A stretch of DNA of 54,162 nucleotides, taken from positions 1 through 54,162 of the IMG/VR virus record IMGVR_UViG_3300044655_000258. The stretch is one strand, 5' to 3'. Both the position numbers and the translations under genes were made by a program. Below are positions 49,612-54,162 of the stretch, one piece after another (the first letter of the stretch is position 1; every line of letters begins with the position of its first letter). This DNA is from a virus. Taxonomy: Duplodnaviria > Caudoviricetes. The notes below the pieces were generated by a model. The model was not told the DNA's origin and made no database searches. It saw only the letters and a program-made list of their open reading frames with translations.

Positions 49612-50583
49612 ATGGCAACAACAACACGCACTGGCGCGATATACGGCATAGGTACCTACGGTACTTCCGTCTATGGCGTTAGCAATGTTGCTTACGTTCC
49701 AGACGGTGTAGTCTCTGTAGCCACTTCAGACAGTGGTGTTGTCATTGAAGCTGATGCCAACCACGTTGTTGTCAGTCTTGTCAGTCCAGCCATTGTAGGC
49801 AGCGTAGGTGTTGTAGGTGTTGCTGTCACCAGTCTTGTTGGTGTGGTTGCTACAGGCGCTATAGGCACTGTAGCTTTGTCGCTTGGTTGCACTACAGACG
49901 CTACAGGTGTTGCTGCTACAGGCGCTGTAGGTAGTTTGGTTGTTGTCGCTGAAGCCAACACACCATTGGTTGGTGTTGCTGCAACAGGTGTTGTCGGTAC
50001 AACAACAATCGTTGCTAATGCGACAACACTTGTCACAGGCTCTGAAGCTGTTGGCGCTGTTGGTGTTCCTGATGTTCGCTCCATCAACCGCATCCCTGTA
50101 GATGGTGTAGCTGCTACAGGCGCTGTAGGCGATCTAACAATTGTTGCAGACTCTAACATCACACTTGTTACAGACGCAATCAGTGTTACACTCGGAGATG
50201 CTATTGCTAAAGCATCATCTCTCACAATCGTTAGTGGTGTATACGCTACAGGTTTTATTGGTGATGTTGCTGTTGCTGAGAATGCTAGACCAACTTTTGA
50301 TGGTGTCAGCGCTGCTGCAGTTGTAGGAGATGTAACAGTTGTTGTAGCCGTGTTCGACTATGACGCTGTTGCTTCTTTGTATGCTAGAACTAGGGCAGTG
50401 CTTGTCGAGCGTAAGGCAACCAGTAAAGAACGCACTATAGCGATTGCTGCTCAGCCCCGTATTGTTTATGTTGAAGCTAGGTCTACACCACCTGCACGAA
50501 CCTATAACGTGTCGACAGAAGACAGAAAAGTGTACACATATAGAAAGACTAGCTCGTCTGACAGAGCAGTGATGGTAGCTTAA
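49612..50583 (+). CDS. Head/tail fibre-like protein with GVxATGxVG repeats
   Basis: ~26-aa Val/Ala/Gly/Thr repeats. Confidence 0.75.
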   Translation: MATTTRTGAIYGIGTYGTSVYGVSNVAYVPDGVVSVATSDSGVVIEADANHVVVSLVSPAIVGSVGVVGVAVTSLVGVVATGAIGTVALSLGCTTDATGVAATGAVGSLVVVAEANTPLVGVAATGVVGTTTIVANATTLVTGSEAVGAVGVPDVRSINRIPVDGVAATGAVGDLTIVADSNITLVTDAISVTLGDAIAKASSLTIVSGVYATGFIGDVAVAENARPTFDGVSAAAVVGDVTVVVAVFDYDAVASLYARTRAVLVERKATSKERTIAIAAQPRIVYVEARSTPPARTYNVSTEDRKVYTYRKTSSSDRAVMVA

Positions 50584-50602
50584 ATAGGATAGGAATAGAT
50601 AT

Positions 50603-50920
50603 ATGTCGTTTAAATGGCCTCCAAAGGATAAGGACGAGTTGCTAGATTACAGTGTAGACTGGTCTAGGTTCTTGGGTGCTGCCACCATTAGTTCCGTTAC
50701 TTGGTATGTAGACGATGCTACTGGTACTAAAACTGCACTCACTGCTGGCAACACAGTCAATGGTATTCAGAACGTTGCACAGACCATTAGTGGTGGTGTA
50801 GCCACCATCAACCTCGGTCTTGGTACAGCCAACTACGACTACAAATTTACATGCCGTATGGAAGACAGTGCAGGCAGCATTGCTGAACGAGTTATTCGTT
50901 TGAAGATTAAGGAACAATGA
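50603..50920 (+). CDS. Fibre/tail adaptor protein
   Basis: WPPKDKDELLDYSVDW motif. Confidence 0.75.
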   Translation: MSFKWPPKDKDELLDYSVDWSRFLGAATISSVTWYVDDATGTKTALTAGNTVNGIQNVAQTISGGVATINLGLGTANYDYKFTCRMEDSAGSIAERVIRLKIKEQ

Positions 50921-50921
50921 T

Positions 50922-51650
50922 ATGGCATACGACTACATCGGGCTTGTCAACGAAGTCAATCGTCGACTCAACGAAGTGGAACTGACCTCTGGCAATTTTG
51001 CTACAGCTAAAGGTTTCTATTCGCAGATCAAGGACAGTGTCAACTCTTCCATTCGTGACATCAACCAGACACACTACGAGTGGCCTTTCAACCACGTGCT
51101 TGCTGAAGATACATTGACAGCTGGTACAACCCGTTATGCTTTCCCTAATGATGCTGGGTCGATTGACTTCGATACCTTCCGTATCAAAGAAAGCACCACA
51201 TTCGGTAATGCAACAGTGAAGCTTAGTGTCGTTGACTATGACGACTATCTAACCACTGCTGTCGACCAAGAGTATGGTGACAACACTTCTAAGCGTCAGA
51301 TTCCTGATGCGGTGTTTCAGGCACCAAGCTTGGAATGGGGTGTAATACCACCACCTGATCAAGCCTATGAAGTTGTCTACGAATACTACCGGGTTCCTGT
51401 AGATCTTGAGAGCGCTACAGACGTTCCTTCCATTCCAGAACGATTCCGTCATGTCATCATTGACGGTGCTATGTATCATGCTTATATGTTCCGTAGCAAT
51501 GAACAAGCTGCCAACATTGCCAAGGGTAAGTTTGAAGAAGGCTTGAAGCGTATGCGTACCATCTTGGTCAATCGCTTTGTTTACATGCGCTCTACTGCCA
51601 TCATTCAATCTGGTAGCGGTAGTAGTGCTTTTGGTGATCGGGTGCGCTAA
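50922..51650 (+). CDS. Tail adaptor (tail tubular protein A-like)
   Basis: LVNEVNRRLNE, EWPF, P.PDQAY, IPERF. Confidence 0.75.
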   Translation: MAYDYIGLVNEVNRRLNEVELTSGNFATAKGFYSQIKDSVNSSIRDINQTHYEWPFNHVLAEDTLTAGTTRYAFPNDAGSIDFDTFRIKESTTFGNATVKLSVVDYDDYLTTAVDQEYGDNTSKRQIPDAVFQAPSLEWGVIPPPDQAYEVVYEYYRVPVDLESATDVPSIPERFRHVIIDGAMYHAYMFRSNEQAANIAKGKFEEGLKRMRTILVNRFVYMRSTAIIQSGSGSSAFGDRVR

Positions 51651-53632
51651 TGGCTGATGGACTCCAGACATATCCGTTTGAGTTCCGTGGTGGACTCATC
51701 TCCAACCTGTCCCCGTTGCAACATGGTACACAGGCTCCCGGTAGCGCTCGTCTGCTGAAGAACTTTGAGCCATCCACTGACGGTGGTTACAAACGCATTG
51801 AAGGTTACGACAAGTATTCAAGCTCGTTCGTGCCTGCTTACGGTGAACCAAAGGTGCAGGGGTCTGGACAGACTGGTACAACACTGGTGCTTGCCAACAT
51901 CTACACCGCTCCCATTGAAGGCTCCACATTCACCATTGCTGGTGTCACTGGTACCTACACTATCGCCACAGCAGGTGTGTCGTTTAACAGCACATACAAA
52001 CAAGCAACACTGACATTGACAACATCGCTGGCTTCTAGCCCAGCCGATAAAGCTGCTGTCACCTTCACAAGTCATACAGGCACCATCAAAGGTGTTGTTG
52101 CTTGGAACGAGACAGTGATGTCCTATCGCAACTCTGACATCTACACCACCACTGGCACAACACACACTAAGGTGTCTAAGCCTTCATACGGCACAGTGCT
52201 TGTGAACGGTGGTGCTCAGACAGGCGCTACATTGAACGTTGATGGTTTGACAGGCTTGCCACAGATTGGTGACACATTCTCCATCGCTGGTGTTGAGAAG
52301 GTGTATACAGTGTTGGCTGTACCAACTGTAACGTCTGGTGCTGCTGCGTTGTCCATCTACCCTTCGTTGGCATCTAGCCCTGCAGACAATGCAGCCATCA
52401 CCATGCTGTCGTGTGACAGAAGCGGTGGTGGTAAGCTGCGTGTTGCTAAGTATAGAGTGGCTGGTGTAGACAAAGTTGCTGGTGTTGATGGTACTAACAC
52501 TCCATTCATTTGGAATGGCAGTGCCTTTGCAGAGATGACAGGTGCTCCGTCTGATGTAGTTGGTGCAAGCTTCATTGCTTACCATAAAAATCAAATGTTC
52601 TTCGCTAAGGGCGAAACTTTGACATTTACGTCACCTTATACCGACACAGACTTCAGCGCTGCTAACGGCTCTGGTGTCATCAACGTTGGTGGCACTATCA
52701 CAGGCATCATCCCTTTCCGTGAAGCTCTCATCATCTTCACAGACAAAACCATCAATCAACTTGTCGGTAACACTTTGCAAGACTTCGTGTTGCAGCCTGT
52801 AACAAAGAATGTTGGCTGTGTTGCTCCTGACACTATTCAGGAAATTGGTGGTGATGTCATCTTCCTTGGTCCTGAAGGTTTGCGTTTGTTCAGCGCTACA
52901 GACCGTGTTGGTGACTTCAACTTGGGTGTGGTGTCTAAACCTATTCAGAACGAGATGACATCGCTGATTGCTTCTAGCAGCAGCTTTGCCAGCTGTGTTA
53001 TTAAACAGAAGTCGCAATACCGCATCTTTGGTTACAACGCTACAGGAACATCTACAGCGAACGCTAAAGGTGTCTTGGGTACACAGATGGTTGGTGACAA
53101 CACCAGCACTATGTCGTGGGCTGAGACATTGGGTATCAAAGCCTATGTTGCTGATGGTGACTATGAAAACCAAACAGAGACATTGGTGTTTGCTCACGAC
53201 GATGGTTACATTTATGAAATGGAAAACGGCAACAGCTTTGATGGAACAAACATCATTGCTTCATTTGCTACACCTTTTGTTTCAATCAACGATCCACGTA
53301 TTCGTAAAACGTTTTACAAACTATTCCTCTACACAGACCCTCAAGGGGGTGTCACCACCTCTGTCAACTTGAAGCTTGACTTTGACACACAAGGCAGCAT
53401 TCAGCCTGACACTATTGAGTTGTCTAACGAAGCAGGCACTGTGGGTTTCTATGGTAGCTCTGGTGCTAGATATGGCACCACAGTGTTTGGAAGTAAGTTG
53501 GTAAAGCAGTTTGAGACTCAAGTGATTGGGTCGGCTTTTAGCGTGTCGCTGCAGTTTGTGTCGGATGGTCAAAACCCTCCGTTCAGTTTGGACGCAGCAA
53601 CTTTGGAATTTGCAACACATGACAGGCGTTAA
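51650..53632 (+). CDS. Tail nozzle (tail tubular protein B-like)
   Basis: GGL...NFEP..GGYKRIEG, GCVA, beta-propeller-like; two inserted repeat domains. Confidence 0.8.
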   Translation: MADGLQTYPFEFRGGLISNLSPLQHGTQAPGSARLLKNFEPSTDGGYKRIEGYDKYSSSFVPAYGEPKVQGSGQTGTTLVLANIYTAPIEGSTFTIAGVTGTYTIATAGVSFNSTYKQATLTLTTSLASSPADKAAVTFTSHTGTIKGVVAWNETVMSYRNSDIYTTTGTTHTKVSKPSYGTVLVNGGAQTGATLNVDGLTGLPQIGDTFSIAGVEKVYTVLAVPTVTSGAAALSIYPSLASSPADNAAITMLSCDRSGGGKLRVAKYRVAGVDKVAGVDGTNTPFIWNGSAFAEMTGAPSDVVGASFIAYHKNQMFFAKGETLTFTSPYTDTDFSAANGSGVINVGGTITGIIPFREALIIFTDKTINQLVGNTLQDFVLQPVTKNVGCVAPDTIQEIGGDVIFLGPEGLRLFSATDRVGDFNLGVVSKPIQNEMTSLIASSSSFASCVIKQKSQYRIFGYNATGTSTANAKGVLGTQMVGDNTSTMSWAETLGIKAYVADGDYENQTETLVFAHDDGYIYEMENGNSFDGTNIIASFATPFVSINDPRIRKTFYKLFLYTDPQGGVTTSVNLKLDFDTQGSIQPDTIELSNEAGTVGFYGSSGARYGTTVFGSKLVKQFETQVIGSAFSVSLQFVSDGQNPPFSLDAATLEFATHDRR

Positions 53633-53635
53633 AGC

Positions 53636-53663
53636 TTTACAGCTTTGATGTTTCGGTTATAAC
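53636..53663 (+). promoter_or_regulatory. Putative promoter for the tail fibre gene
   Basis: TTTACA-16bp-TATAAC. Confidence 0.5.
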
Positions 53664-53687
53664 TACACACACTAGACAGGAACTATT

Positions 53688-54162
53688 ATGACAGGATATG
53701 TACGAGTCGATACAAGTAACAACATTGCTGACGGTAACGTCATTAGTGCGGCTGATCTCGACAATGAATTTGATGGCATTCAAGCAGCCTTTAACGCCAG
53801 TACAGGTCACAACCATGACGGTACTACTGGTGAGGGTGCTCCCATCTTGGTGTTGGGTCCGACACAGGATGTTGTTGTTGGCTCATCCACTGTTACACCT
53901 AAGACAACCAACACCGTTGACATTGGTAGCTCTTCGCTGAAGTTCAAAGACTTATTCTTGGCTGGTAATGCTTCTATTGGTGGCACATTGGCTGTTACAG
54001 GTGTTGCCACTCTCACTGCCAACCCAGTCATGTCTGGCGGCACAGCCAACGGCGTGGCCTACCTCAACGGCTCCAAAGTCCTGACCACGGGGAGTGCGCT
54101 GACGTTTGATGGGAGTACGTTTCAATCAGATACTAGCGGCTTCAGGATTGGTAAGTCTCCCG
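53688..54162 (+). CDS. Tail fibre protein (3' partial)
   Basis: Not in ORF track; MTGYVRVD...DNEF...GHNHDGT.GEG..., open to the window end; AGGA RBS. Confidence 0.85.
   Translation, partial: MTGYVRVDTSNNIADGNVISAADLDNEFDGIQAAFNASTGHNHDGTTGEGAPILVLGPTQDVVVGSSTVTPKTTNTVDIGSSSLKFKDLFLAGNASIGGTLAVTGVATLTANPVMSGGTANGVAYLNGSKVLTTGSALTFDGSTFQSDTSGFRIGKSP

Larger units (their letters stand above)
1..54162. mobile_element. dsDNA tailed phage (podovirus-type, SIO1/Zobellviridae-like two-arm layout), near-complete and permuted
   Basis: TerL, portal, scaffold, capsid and nozzle on +; primase-helicase, DNA polymerase, SSB and RNR on -; no host housekeeping context. Confidence 0.93.

Noticed and set aside
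1-54162. Alternative genetic code, DGR/retron, or phage RNA polymerase
   Set aside because: Core genes are uninterrupted in the standard code; no reverse transcriptase, TR/VR pair or RNAP motifs seen in the window.

Overview
The window is most of a dsDNA podovirus-type phage genome, apparently circularly permuted, with a two-arm layout resembling SIO1/Zobellviridae-like phages. The host is probably a proteobacterium, inferred from CTGT-N8-ACAG SOS boxes and sigma70 promoters. The + strand arm carries the virion genes. At 38027-54162 it has small basic proteins, TerS, TerL, portal, scaffold, major capsid, adaptor/nozzle and the start of a tail fibre; at 1-10666 it has internal virion/ejection proteins. 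The - strand arm (37019 down to 10715) carries early genes, a tRNA(CAT), ADP-ribosylglycohydrolase, tyrosine recombinase, ThyX, T7-like primase-helicase, a family-B DNA polymerase, SSB, 5'-3' exonuclease, RNA ligase, MazG, class Ia RNR, PhoH and candidate anti-defence genes. The arms converge at a bidirectional terminator (10679-10712) and diverge from a ~1 kb non-coding region (37100-38020) that probably holds the physical genome end. The most notable observations are: a [FYML]-[ANQ]-[KE]-G-G motif repeated 11 times in four late proteins; an ART-like domain bracketed by that motif, together with an early ADP-ribosylhydrolase; clustered LexA/Fur/IHF-like sites at the putative terminus; pseudoknotted leaders on both free-standing HNH genes and on the scaffold gene; PolB in a PolA-type locus; a standalone ClpX zinc finger missed by the ORF track; and apparent CCWGG avoidance. 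All family calls come from motifs recognised by eye; no searches or folding programs were run.
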